Assembly: GCA_045657425.1 (NCBI GenBank)
Contig: JAZOTA010000004.1
Span: 13,908 to 77,907, forward strand
Reading direction: 5' to 3'
DNA length: 64,000 nucleotides
Source of the DNA: Eubacteriales bacterium
Lineage (GTDB): Bacteria; Bacillota; Clostridia; Oscillospirales; CAG-382
Positions 54,831-64,000 of this stretch are shown here, piece by piece (positions within the stretch are counted from its first letter, which is position 1; each line of letters begins with the position of its first letter). The notes under the pieces were generated by a model. That model was not told where the DNA came from. It ran no database searches and saw nothing but the letters and a program-made list of their open reading frames with translations. The position numbers and the translations under genes are program-made.

Positions 54831-55727
54831 ATGGATATTAAGTTAGATCAATATAAGATATTTTACGAGGCGGCAATTTGCGGAAGCTTTTCCGAAGCTG
54901 CAAAAAAATTGTTTATCACACAAAGCGCAATCAGTCAACAGATACGTTCTTTAGAAAATGAGCTTGGCGTTATGCTTTTTGCAAGAGGTCGCAAGGGCGC
55001 AAAGCTTACCGCTCAAGGCGATTTACTTTTCGGCTACGTTAAGCGCGCTATAGAAGAAATACAAAACGCGGAGGCACTTTTTACAAGGATGAAAACTCTT
55101 GATGAGGGCAATTTAAGAATAGGAGCAGGCGATACTATTACCAGACATTTTTTGATGGATGCGCTTGAACTGTTTCATAACACTTACCCTTCAATTAAAA
55201 TCGAAATTGTAAATCGTGTTACTAACGAAACGCTCAGCCGATTAATAGCCGGTAAGATCGACGTTGCTTTCGTAAGTTTACCGATTGACAATAACAAATA
55301 TCCGGCCGTTGATATTAAAGAAATAGGCACGCTGCATGAAGCGTTTATTGCCGGCAGTAAATATAGGCATTTACTTGATCAAACGCTGTCAATAAACGAC
55401 ATCGCTTCCCTTCCGCTTGCGATGCTTGAACCAAAATCCAACACCCGATACAATACCGATATGTTTTTTCAATCGCACGGTTTGAAATTAAATCCCGAAT
55501 TCGAGTTAGGATCTTATGATTTACTATTTGATTTTGCAGAGAAAAATCTAGGCATAGCTTGTATTACCGAAGAGTTTTCCAATAACGTAAAATACAAAAA
55601 TATATTCAGACTAAAAACTGATTTCTCAATGCCAGAAAGAAGCATCGGCATTTGTACGTTGGCAAACGTTCCGCCTTCTCCCGCAGTTTGCAGATTAATC
55701 GAAATAATTGAAAGCATATCCAAATAA
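54831..55727 (+). CDS. LysR-family transcriptional regulator
   Basis: LDQYKIFYEAAICGSFSEAAKKLFITQSAISQQIRSLENELGVMLFAR, the LysR HTH, plus a substrate-binding domain. Divergent from the CofE-like gene. Confidence 0.9.
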   Translation: MDIKLDQYKIFYEAAICGSFSEAAKKLFITQSAISQQIRSLENELGVMLFARGRKGAKLTAQGDLLFGYVKRAIEEIQNAEALFTRMKTLDEGNLRIGAGDTITRHFLMDALELFHNTYPSIKIEIVNRVTNETLSRLIAGKIDVAFVSLPIDNNKYPAVDIKEIGTLHEAFIAGSKYRHLLDQTLSINDIASLPLAMLEPKSNTRYNTDMFFQSHGLKLNPEFELGSYDLLFDFAEKNLGIACITEEFSNNVKYKNIFRLKTDFSMPERSIGICTLANVPPSPAVCRLIEIIESISK

Positions 55728-55730
55728 AGC

Positions 55731-55754
55731 AACGCCGCGTAAAAACGCGGCGTT
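55731..55754. terminator. Terminator between convergent LysR gene and hypothetical gene
   Basis: aacgccgcg-taaaaa-cgcggcgtt. Confidence 0.7.
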
Positions 55755-55762
55755 ATTCTTAC

Positions 55763-56857
55763 TTATAGATAGTAATTGCTTTGGTTTAATGCATTTGCAG
55801 TTTCGACAGCTTCGTTGTCGGCATTACCGGTATTTCCACCGTTACCGGTTGCGTTTGACAACGGGCCGAATTCAATAAATAATCTTATACCGAACACAAG
55901 AAGATAAAGCAAACCGACTGCAATCAAAAGCTTTGGTATAATCATTAGCTTTCGAGCTTCGTTGTACTTCTCTTCATTGGCAATATTCTTCATTGCCTTT
56001 TCATATTGCTCTATCTTTCTTTGCGTTTCCTCTTTTGATTCAAGATACTTGTTTTGTTTAAATCTTGATTTATCGTGTAGTGTAACTTCTTTTGGATCTT
56101 TTACAATTTGTGTTTTTGTTTCTTCAAGTATTTCGTCAACAATCGATTTCTTTTGCCATTCTTTTTCACGGCCGCATTTTTCACAAACGTCCGAAACATT
56201 TGGATTTTTATTACCACAACAGCACAACCAGACTGTATTGCCAAACTGTGGCATTACTTTTGTCGGGTATTTTTCCTCGGCAGCACGATAAATATTAACT
56301 CTTGAATATACCATCTTTGTGATATCGTCAAGGTCTTTATACTTTTTAGAATCACCTGCAACAACAGTGTTTATTTCCACAACCTCTCCGCCTGCGTATT
56401 CAACCGAAAGCAAAACCAGCTCGATTTTTGTAAAATAACTTTCCGGTAAAGGTATGTAAACACAGGAGCCAAAAGACTCGCTCTTATTAATCGTAAGCTT
56501 TTTATTAGCTTCTTTAAACTTTAAGTCAACGTCATCCTTGCTGATAATACCAAACGTTAACAAATCGTGTGAATATTCAAAATCAATATGAGTATAAGGA
56601 ATATTCTGATTAAGGTAACAATTTACTCGAACGTTAAGCTTCCGCAAAGGTTTTTCGGTAATGTTTTTAAATATAAACGAAGCAAAAACATCATAAGTAT
56701 CACGGTCAGAAACAATATAACCTTCTTCAATCTCAACGGGGCTATCGGGTAGAATAAAAGGATATTCAAGATATTTTACAACTCGAAGCGACCTCATTCT
56801 ATCGTGTTTCTGTCTTAAAATATGTTCTTTTTCAATTGGTTTAGAATTATTTCTCAT
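55763..56857 (-). CDS. Hypothetical protein: beta-rich N-domain, CCC...CxxC zinc ribbon, charged helix and C-terminal TM
   Basis: WLCCCGNKNPNVSDVCEKCGREKEW zinc-ribbon motif and TM IIPKLLIAVGLLYLLVFGIRLFI. No family recognised. Confidence 0.45.
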   Translation of the reverse strand: MRNNSKPIEKEHILRQKHDRMRSLRVVKYLEYPFILPDSPVEIEEGYIVSDRDTYDVFASFIFKNITEKPLRKLNVRVNCYLNQNIPYTHIDFEYSHDLLTFGIISKDDVDLKFKEANKKLTINKSESFGSCVYIPLPESYFTKIELVLLSVEYAGGEVVEINTVVAGDSKKYKDLDDITKMVYSRVNIYRAAEEKYPTKVMPQFGNTVWLCCCGNKNPNVSDVCEKCGREKEWQKKSIVDEILEETKTQIVKDPKEVTLHDKSRFKQNKYLESKEETQRKIEQYEKAMKNIANEEKYNEARKLMIIPKLLIAVGLLYLLVFGIRLFIEFGPLSNATGNGGNTGNADNEAVETANALNQSNYYL

Positions 56858-56867
56858 TTTTCCCTAC

Positions 56868-57671
56868 CTAAAATTGAAAATAATGTTCAACATCGTTCAA
56901 AATACCGCGTCTTGTATAAGCATCTACAAATTCAAAGGGCGTATTATCGGGATTTCTTAAAGCGCATCCTTGGGCGTATTCAATACGTTTATACTTGACA
57001 GTCAATTCAAGAGGCGTTTCAATTGTAAACGGCTTTGCATTGTCGATATCCTTTACAGCTTCGCAAACCATATTATAAATTTCATCGCATACTGCTTCGG
57101 GGTGCTTGCTTATACAGTTATTCCACGCAAGCGATTGCTTTGTAACAACTGTTTTAACCCAAGGAAACGACTCTTTTGCTTGTGCAACACAAATGTCGTC
57201 CGAAGAAACAAAAAGCGTTTTAACCTGTCTTTTGCCTGCGATAGCGGCATCAATTTGAAGTTCGCCCACTTCTTGACCGTTGATTTGATGCGATACAAAG
57301 GTCGACGAAGAATAAACGTGTGCCAGTGTGGCTTTGGGAGTATCATAAGCGTGATAACCAATAAACAGTATACCGTCAAAGCTGTCATCAACGCCCGGAA
57401 AACGCAAACGGCTACCTGCACCAATGATAAATTTACAACGTTTATCAAAGGCGGTATAATCGAGATTAATGCCGCTTCCGTGACAATCCCAAATAACAAC
57501 CTCCTCAGCACCGCTATCAAACAATGCTTTTGCGGCAGCGTTTGCCTCACGCAGTCCCTGCTGTGCTGCGAATTGGTAATTCTTGGTTCCATCGGCAAGG
57601 CCTTGTCCGTATGAACCGACAACACATGCCAAGCCCTCTAAATCTACACTTATACAATATTTAGCTCCCAT
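56868..57671 (-). CDS. M55-family D-aminopeptidase (DppA-like)
   Basis: MGAKYCISVDLEGLACVVG..., VVIWDCHGSG, GYHA..., the DppA-type self-compartmentalising peptidase pattern. Confidence 0.65.
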   Translation of the reverse strand: MGAKYCISVDLEGLACVVGSYGQGLADGTKNYQFAAQQGLREANAAAKALFDSGAEEVVIWDCHGSGINLDYTAFDKRCKFIIGAGSRLRFPGVDDSFDGILFIGYHAYDTPKATLAHVYSSSTFVSHQINGQEVGELQIDAAIAGKRQVKTLFVSSDDICVAQAKESFPWVKTVVTKQSLAWNNCISKHPEAVCDEIYNMVCEAVKDIDNAKPFTIETPLELTVKYKRIEYAQGCALRNPDNTPFEFVDAYTRRGILNDVEHYFQF

Positions 57672-57745
57672 AGTGCACACCGCCTATTGAAAAATTATTT
57701 TTTTTAAGTATAATGATAATATAAAAGAACAGAAAGGTTTAAATT

Positions 57746-58525
57746 ATGGAAAAAAGCGAACTCAAAAAGATAAAACTGTTTGTTTTAGATATGGACGGTA
57801 CAATTTATTTGGGCGAAAAAATTCTTCCCGGTGCTATTGAATTTGTCAAAACCGCACGCGAAAGCGGAAGAAAGGTTGCGTTTTTTACAAATAACGCTTC
57901 CAAAAATCCTATGAATTACGTTGACAAGCTAAACCGTATGGGGTTTGGTGCAACAAGAAGCGACATTGTTACCGCAGGTGACGTTACCATTGAATATTTA
58001 AAGCGCAATCACCCGAACGAAGCGGTATATCTCGTCGGCACTCCGGCACTTGAGCAATCTTTTATTGAATCGGGAATAACTCTTTCCGAAAAAGCTAATA
58101 TCGTAGTCAGCTCGTTCGACACAACCTTAACCTACGAAAAGCTTGTTATCGCATGCGATCTTATCAGAAACGGTGCAAAGTTTTATTGCACTCACCCCGA
58201 CTTTAATTGCCCGACAGAAAACGGCTTTATCCCTGATAGCGGTGCAATTGCGGCATTAATTACCGCTTCCACAAACGTTGAGCCGAAATATTTCGGAAAG
58301 CCCTTCAAGGAAACAGCGGATATGATTTCCGAGCTTTACGGTGTTCCGTTCGCAGAAACCGCAATAGTAGGCGACAGACTTTATACCGACATCGCTTTAG
58401 GCAAAAACAACGGTCTAATGTCGGTTTTGGTACTATCGGGCGAAACTAAAATTGAAGACGTTAACGAAACCAATGCGCCCGACATTATACTTGACGGCAT
58501 TGGCGAGATCGTCAAATATTTTTAA
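57746..58525 (+). CDS. HAD-IIA family hydrolase (NagD/YutF-like sugar-phosphatase)
   Basis: FVLDMDGTIYLG, FFTNNASK, VGDRLYTDIALGKNNGLMSVLVLSGET. Confidence 0.8.
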   Translation: MEKSELKKIKLFVLDMDGTIYLGEKILPGAIEFVKTARESGRKVAFFTNNASKNPMNYVDKLNRMGFGATRSDIVTAGDVTIEYLKRNHPNEAVYLVGTPALEQSFIESGITLSEKANIVVSSFDTTLTYEKLVIACDLIRNGAKFYCTHPDFNCPTENGFIPDSGAIAALITASTNVEPKYFGKPFKETADMISELYGVPFAETAIVGDRLYTDIALGKNNGLMSVLVLSGETKIEDVNETNAPDIILDGIGEIVKYF

Positions 58526-59627
58526 AGCAGCCCAATCTTAAACCGTTGACAGATTCACCTCTGCCAACACTAACGACGACGCCAAATGACTCTGCCGGTA
58601 TTTCTGCCATAGAGTCAAACGTTAAGGTTTCACCGCACAATCTGTTTATAATACGCTGGGTGTTCTCTCCTACGGGGAGAACATCTTTTATTATACCCAT
58701 ACGTTTTTTCTCGTTTAAATAATAAGCAAGCTGACCGAAATGCGCTTTATCGGGCATACCGTTTATATCATTATTTACTCTCAAAAGGTATAGATAATCA
58801 CCGTCATTTATATTCGGGCGGCCAACCGCAACAGTTGCGTTATCCTCGTGTGTAAAAACAAATCTTACAGGCGCATTTTTGAGATATGTGAGTGCACTGT
58901 AATAACCGAGTGCTCGTGCGCAAACGTTTTCGAAGCTTCCTCCCAAACCAAAACGAATAATATTATTCGTCGAAACAGTGTTACAAAGTGCGAGAGAAAA
59001 TACTGCATTATATCCCGAAATAAATGCTTTGAAATGATCACCGTTAAGATTGAGCGATATTTTTTCAGCATTATTAATAACCGATCTGTCGATCGACGAA
59101 ATCACCTCGTTACCCGACGTCAGCAATATTTTTTCGGTCGTTATAACTTCCCCTGCTTTTTGGATATTAACAGCATTCTTCTTTGCAAGGTTGAAAAGCT
59201 TTTGCGCCTTTTTAGGTTTAGCAACCAAAAAGCGCTTTGTTTCTGCCGCAGAAAGACTTTGTCCCACTGCGTCAAGGTCAACTGTAATACCGTTATGCAA
59301 CGTAAAGAGCGAATAAATTCCGCAATATGAATTTTTAAAAAGCTTTTTTGACAAGCTCTTATTTGCGATAGAACGGTGATCGTATGCGAAAATAACGTTA
59401 CTCGCATTTTCATCGGGCTCTTTATCCTTAATGACCGCTTCCGCGCAATTGATAATATCCATCACGGTAAAAGAATCGGCGCATTCAATATCTTTTATAA
59501 AACGGGAAAACACACTACTGATTCTAAGCTCGTTAATGTTTACAGATCCAATCTTTTTGTATAGCACCGAGTGCAATCCGCAAGAAAGATCATCAGCAAT
59601 ATTTATGTTTTCATAATTTGCGTTCAT
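58512..59627 (-). CDS. Hypothetical protein (distant PurM/AIR-synthase-related-like impression only)
   Basis: 371-aa ORF, last gene of the comEC-holA-Toprim-mtaB co-oriented chain, with a 15-nt gap after mtaB. No secure motif seen. Confidence 0.35.
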   Translation of the reverse strand: MNANYENINIADDLSCGLHSVLYKKIGSVNINELRISSVFSRFIKDIECADSFTVMDIINCAEAVIKDKEPDENASNVIFAYDHRSIANKSLSKKLFKNSYCGIYSLFTLHNGITVDLDAVGQSLSAAETKRFLVAKPKKAQKLFNLAKKNAVNIQKAGEVITTEKILLTSGNEVISSIDRSVINNAEKISLNLNGDHFKAFISGYNAVFSLALCNTVSTNNIIRFGLGGSFENVCARALGYYSALTYLKNAPVRFVFTHEDNATVAVGRPNINDGDYLYLLRVNNDINGMPDKAHFGQLAYYLNEKKRMGIIKDVLPVGENTQRIINRLCGETLTFDSMAEIPAESFGVVVSVGRGESVNGLRLGCFKNI

Positions 59628-59642
59628 TTGTGTTCCTCCAAG

Positions 59643-60917
59643 TTAAAATTTCACACCATGTAATATATCACCATCGTGGGAAACTATTCTAATTTCAACT
59701 ATTTCGCCAACACAGCAGTTTTCCGCACAAAAGGATGCTTCCAAAAACTGCTCTGTATGGCCAAACGCCTTACCTTCCACTATCTTTTCGATGAGAACTG
59801 ACACGTTTTGATTGATTTTAGAGTTAAGTATTCGGTGTTTTGTTTCCGCGCAAGCTGCGATAAGACGCGAATTGCGTTCCGCGCGTTCGTTTTTAGGTAC
59901 CTTATCAGCCATTTCTGCCGCAATTGTACCGGGACGTTCAGAATAAGGAAAAGAATGCACGTGAAAAACATTAAGTTCTTTCAATGCTTCAACCGTTTCG
60001 ATAAACTCACTTTCGGTTTCACCGGGAAATCCGACAATAATATCGGCGGAAAGCATACAATTTGGAATATACTCCCTGACAAGTGCAACCCTATCACAAA
60101 TATCCTTTTTGCGATATGGCCGCTTCATATCAGTCAGCACAGAATCATTGCAGGATTGAAGCGAAAGATGAAGATGAGGCATAAAATTATCGATTCTCGA
60201 AATATGCGACAAAAACTTTTCGGTAATAATATTCGGCGACAGCGAACCTAATCTTAATCGCTTTACGCCTTCAACCGATGCGACCTTTTCAATCAATTCA
60301 TAAAGCGGAATCTTGTTGTATGCGCCGACCTCAATGCCTGTAAGAATTATTTCGGAATAACCGTTTGCAACAAGCCGTTTCGCCTCTGAAACAACGTTTT
60401 CGGGGCATCTTGAACGAACCGAACCGCGGCATTTAGGTATAATACAATAGGTGCATTTACCGTTACAACCGTCTTGTATCTTTATAAAAGCTCTACACTC
60501 TGAAAACAAAGCATCCTCACCGCTTATATAAAGCTCCTCATAAGGTGCATTGTCCATCGGTTTTACAAAATCGCCTGCTACGTCGACATTGCCAAGGATA
60601 ATATCGACAACTCTTCCCTTGTCATTGTTACCGCCGACATATATTACGTTATCCAAATCAATAAAACTGTTTTGAAGCTGCGCCGCACATCCGATGACAA
60701 GGACCTTGCCCATCGATGCCAAACGCCTTATCAATTGACGGCTTTTTCTTTCACTTTCGCTCGTAACCGCACAAGTGTTGATAACGTAAAAATCGCATTT
60801 GCCTTTTTTTGAAATTATACAGCCGTTTTCGCGCAGTCTTTCGGCAATAGCGCAGGATTCATACATATTCACACGACATCCGAGTGTGTAAATACCAACC
60901 GTGATATTATTTTTCAT
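59643..60917 (-). CDS. mtaB: Radical-SAM tRNA methylthiotransferase, MtaB-type
   Basis: N-terminal UPF0004 cysteines (YTLGCRVNMYE...NTCAVT), the radical-SAM motif CNGKCTYCIIP, and a C-terminal TRAM-like domain. Confidence 0.75.
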   Translation of the reverse strand: MKNNITVGIYTLGCRVNMYESCAIAERLRENGCIISKKGKCDFYVINTCAVTSESERKSRQLIRRLASMGKVLVIGCAAQLQNSFIDLDNVIYVGGNNDKGRVVDIILGNVDVAGDFVKPMDNAPYEELYISGEDALFSECRAFIKIQDGCNGKCTYCIIPKCRGSVRSRCPENVVSEAKRLVANGYSEIILTGIEVGAYNKIPLYELIEKVASVEGVKRLRLGSLSPNIITEKFLSHISRIDNFMPHLHLSLQSCNDSVLTDMKRPYRKKDICDRVALVREYIPNCMLSADIIVGFPGETESEFIETVEALKELNVFHVHSFPYSERPGTIAAEMADKVPKNERAERNSRLIAACAETKHRILNSKINQNVSVLIEKIVEGKAFGHTEQFLEASFCAENCCVGEIVEIRIVSHDGDILHGVKF

Positions 60918-61497
60918 TATTTATCCTCGACACGGCAGAAGTATACTCTTCTTCCGTGCACAACAAATTTATAGCATCAAGTAATGCTTTAGCAGTTAAT
61001 GTTTTGGGGAAATTTAAAAGCTCCGCTAACCTTTTGCGTCTTTCCGATGAATTATTTGTACCCGAAAAGCCATCCTCATAAAATCGTGCTTTTGTAATTT
61101 CGGTTTGATTTCTTACTGTTTCACCGACAAACGGTAACAACAGCTCACGCAAAACAGAAGAATCTATGCCTTCAACACCAAGTATACCGTCGGCAGACTC
61201 TTTTAATTTACGACGTTCTTTTCCGGCAATTGCCGGCGTATACACGTTATATATATTGCCTTTTAAAATACCTTTTAATTTGGAACGAAGAAAGTTGCCC
61301 GCACGGTCACTATCTGCCAATAAAACAACTCCCTTTTCGTTGGAGAGGCGCTTTAGCAAGTCCTTTTTTTCTTCATTTTTAAATATCGAAAAGCCATCAA
61401 GCGTTATTATGGGAGATGAAACAACAAGACTTAATTTTGCCTTATCATATTTTCCCTCGACAATGACGGGATATTTCAAATTAAGCTTTTCTTCCAT
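60907..61497 (-). CDS. Toprim-domain protein (RNase M5-like / DUF4093-type)
   Basis: YPVIVEGKYDKAKL and VVLLADSDRAGNFLRSKLKG, the Toprim E...DxD signature. Confidence 0.6.
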   Translation of the reverse strand: MEEKLNLKYPVIVEGKYDKAKLSLVVSSPIITLDGFSIFKNEEKKDLLKRLSNEKGVVLLADSDRAGNFLRSKLKGILKGNIYNVYTPAIAGKERRKLKESADGILGVEGIDSSVLRELLLPFVGETVRNQTEITKARFYEDGFSGTNNSSERRKRLAELLNFPKTLTAKALLDAINLLCTEEEYTSAVSRINNEK

Positions 61498-62545
61498 AAG
61501 TACAGATCCTATAAAAAGCAAGTTCGAGTATTCTTAACGGATTGCCCCTGTAGCTCTTAATTTTTTTATCGGCTAAATTAAGCTCATTAATAGCAAAATT
61601 CAGAACACTTACGTCGGTTTTGCCGACTGCAGCCGCCTTTTTTTGGCATATCCAATCTTTGATTTTTGTTTCTTTTGAAATTGCGTCAAGATTTTTGCCC
61701 GAATCGATACCTAATTTTACCATAAGCATTTCGGCATATTCCTTTGCAAGCAATCCCAATGCAATAGAAATCGAATCACGGTCTAAATTAAGACTGTATA
61801 AAATCTTGTTAGCTAAAACTATATCCCTTTTATTAAGCGCATTGACTATATCGAAATACTTATATGCGCTGTTTGAACAGCAGTATTTTCTTACGTCATA
61901 AACGCTTATAGGCGTACCGTCGTAAACCTCTGCAAGTTTTAAAATCTCACCCTGCAAAATATACATATCACTTCCGCAAACGTTAATCAGTTCTCGCGGC
62001 ACAGCAAAATCATATTTAACGTTTTTGGCATTCAGGTGGCGTGTAATCCAGGTTGTGAGCTTATCGCTCTTCTCATTATCAAATTCGACAACCAAGCCGT
62101 TGTCGCGCACGGCTTTGATGAACGCTAGTATACTTCCTTTTTTTCCCTTTTCCTTTTCCTTATCTTTGTCCTTTTCTGCTTTCTCGATATTATCGTTATG
62201 TCTTAAAACAACAAGAATGGTAAGATAATCGGGGATATCAGAGAAAATACGTGAATACTCTTCGATATCGTTTTCGACAAATTTGGCAGATTCAACATCG
62301 GTGATTTCAATCAGCTTTGTTTCCCACATATACGGCAAGGAGTAAATCGCATCTTCCAAATCGCTCAAGCTATCGTTTGCCGCGCTGAAATATATATGAT
62401 TAAATTCAGGCAACGGCGATGAATCGACCTTATTCCTAATCAGCGCAGCATAGTGGTCCTTTGTATATTCTTCGGCACCGCAAAACAGAAAAACGCCCGA
62501 AATATTATTCTCTTTTATTTTATTTTTTAATATATCAAGGCTCAT
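61481..62545 (-). CDS. holA: DNA polymerase III delta subunit
   Basis: 354 aa. Begins ...GVFLFCGAEEYTKDHY..., with typical HolA length and conserved position downstream of comEC. Confidence 0.75.
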   Translation of the reverse strand: MSLDILKNKIKENNISGVFLFCGAEEYTKDHYAALIRNKVDSSPLPEFNHIYFSAANDSLSDLEDAIYSLPYMWETKLIEITDVESAKFVENDIEEYSRIFSDIPDYLTILVVLRHNDNIEKAEKDKDKEKEKGKKGSILAFIKAVRDNGLVVEFDNEKSDKLTTWITRHLNAKNVKYDFAVPRELINVCGSDMYILQGEILKLAEVYDGTPISVYDVRKYCCSNSAYKYFDIVNALNKRDIVLANKILYSLNLDRDSISIALGLLAKEYAEMLMVKLGIDSGKNLDAISKETKIKDWICQKKAAAVGKTDVSVLNFAINELNLADKKIKSYRGNPLRILELAFYRICTYGRKA

Positions 62546-64000
62546 AAATTATACTGTCGCTTTCGCCGTCTTTTATAATAATTCTTAATCTGTTTGTAAA
62601 CGTATCAACGTATCCGTCGAATGAAGAGCTTGCAACCGACGCTTCCTTAAAATAAGCATCGTTATATGAAGCGTCAAACAAATACTCCTCGGAAAAGTCA
62701 TTAAAAATCGCAACGTCACAATGACTTACGGGCGGAAAACCGTCAATGAAAATATTAACCGAAACGTCTTTACCTTCAACCGAAAAATATGAGCCGAAAC
62801 TTAACTTTTCATCGTGGATAAAATTAATCTCTATATCGTCTGATTTAAAATTCAACTCACTATCAAACTCAATTATATCATAATTCCTTTTGTTTGCCAA
62901 CAATTTTATTTCATTATATATATTAAATTCGTAAAAATTTTTAGGTTTTGGCAAAAACACTTGCGAAATCGATGTTCTTCCACTGAAAAAACCGAAGTTT
63001 TTAAATGTATAGTCATTATATTTTGTCAAAACGTATTTATCAACAGAGGTCAGTCCGTTTTCATAAACGACCGTCGGCTCCGAAGTATAACCGCCTACGT
63101 CAAAATACACGCTCGTTTCTTCATTGCTAAAGAATACGTATTCCCCATCGGATTCTCCGTATTCAATAAGCGTAACACCTTGCAATGAATAGTTGTTCAA
63201 TATCCCGCAAAACGCAATAGAAAAGCAAAACGCAACCGCCGAAATTGAAAACGCCTTCAACCGATTTCGATGCAAAAACAAAAGAGAAACAATCATTGCC
63301 AGTGAAATAATATACGGTATAAATATCCATTCAACGTATGAAGACAGCTTACCAATATCGGCTTTGTGTATCAGTTCACTAATGTCTGTTATAAAATCAA
63401 AAATATATCCTGCAGGTTTTCCAATAAATACTGCTATAGGCATAGAAAAAGATGAGACCAAAAACGCTATTACAGCAAACACCAAGCCGTATGAAAACAT
63501 CGGCACAACGATTATGTTGATCAGCGGAGATACGTATGAAACCGAATCAAACGTTATAATAATTACGAAAAATGAAAATACAGTTGTAGCAAAGGACATT
63601 AAAGCGGGTGTAATCACTGCATTCAATGCCGTATACAGTATTTTTGCAATCTTCTTCTCGGAAATCTCGCCTTTAATTTTGAAAAACTCATATATACGGT
63701 CCAAAATGGGCTCGCTAACCAAAATTGCCAAGCTTGCAAGAAAGGATAATTCCAAGCTCAAAGAAAACAGTGAATATGGATTAATTAACAGCAAAGCGCC
63801 GAGAACAATAAACAGCGTTGTAATACTGTCGGCTCGCTTTAAAAACATTTTCGACATCATTATTGCAAGGAGCATTATAGATGCGCGGGTAACACTTGGC
63901 GTAAAACCAACAAACGCCGCATATAACAATACAACTGCAGACGAAATGCAGCTTGCCGCTTTTCTGCTTACGGAGAGCATAACCAAAAGCCGATGAAAGG
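62535..64000 (-). CDS. comEC: ComEC/Rec2 DNA-uptake channel protein, C-terminal part (gene continues beyond the right edge)
   Basis: Competence-domain signature VVLLYAAFVGFTPSVTRASIMLLAIMM followed by further TM helices. The C-terminal approximately 215-aa soluble domain lacks an HxHxDH motif. Confidence 0.8.
   Translation of the reverse strand, partial: FHRLLVMLSVSRKAASCISSAVVLLYAAFVGFTPSVTRASIMLLAIMMSKMFLKRADSITTLFIVLGALLLINPYSLFSLSLELSFLASLAILVSEPILDRIYEFFKIKGEISEKKIAKILYTALNAVITPALMSFATTVFSFFVIIITFDSVSYVSPLINIIVVPMFSYGLVFAVIAFLVSSFSMPIAVFIGKPAGYIFDFITDISELIHKADIGKLSSYVEWIFIPYIISLAMIVSLLFLHRNRLKAFSISAVAFCFSIAFCGILNNYSLQGVTLIEYGESDGEYVFFSNEETSVYFDVGGYTSEPTVVYENGLTSVDKYVLTKYNDYTFKNFGFFSGRTSISQVFLPKPKNFYEFNIYNEIKLLANKRNYDIIEFDSELNFKSDDIEINFIHDEKLSFGSYFSVEGKDVSVNIFIDGFPPVSHCDVAIFNDFSEEYLFDASYNDAYFKEASVASSSFDGYVDTFTNRLRIIIKDGESDSIIYEP

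Noticed and set aside
1-64000. Search for mobile elements, CRISPR arrays, tRNA/rRNA genes, prophage or defence islands
   Set aside because: None was found. There is no transposase, integrase or recombinase ORF, no spaced direct repeats and no cloverleaf-capable GC-rich intergenic segment. All intergenic gaps are 270 nt or less and are explained by promoters and terminators.

Overview
This is a densely coded chromosomal segment with about 60 CDS. It looks like a low/mid-GC spore-forming Firmicute, most likely a member of the Clostridia, judging by sigG, a Na+-translocating biotin decarboxylase and Clostridia-style gene order. That assignment is inference only. I saw no rRNA, tRNA, CRISPR array, transposase, integrase or prophage signature, so this is core genome rather than an island.

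**Housekeeping genes:**
- The recA 5' end with an SOS box, prs, rpsF-ssb-rpsR, queG-like and rsmA.
- sigG, dapF-murE, trmB, an ABC-F ATPase, typA, murC and rpmB.
- A tightly overlapping comEC-holA-Toprim-mtaB chain.

**Metabolic and transport genes:**
- potABCD, translationally coupled to a 1132-aa GHL10-type lipoprotein.
- uxuA-eda-kdgK plus a divergent cupin sugar isomerase.
- An oxaloacetate-type Na+ decarboxylase operon with two biotin carriers.
- Three solute-binding-like lipoproteins without permeases, and an orphan MsmK-type ATPase.

**Most interesting locus:** a five-gene operon at 38657-44966 encoding MBOAT, two DHHW acyltransferases, an FkbH-like HAD-IIIC loader and an ACP. It has the full logic of the Dlt teichoic-acid acylation machine, including a DltX-like C-terminal F-L-Y-W-N-F tail on the MBOAT. 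The adenylase is replaced by an FkbH-type enzyme. This predicts a glycolysis-derived hydroxyacyl (glyceryl-like) ester on an envelope polymer, which I do not know to have been characterised.

All calls rest on reading the supplied translations and the raw sequence by eye. No database search was run.
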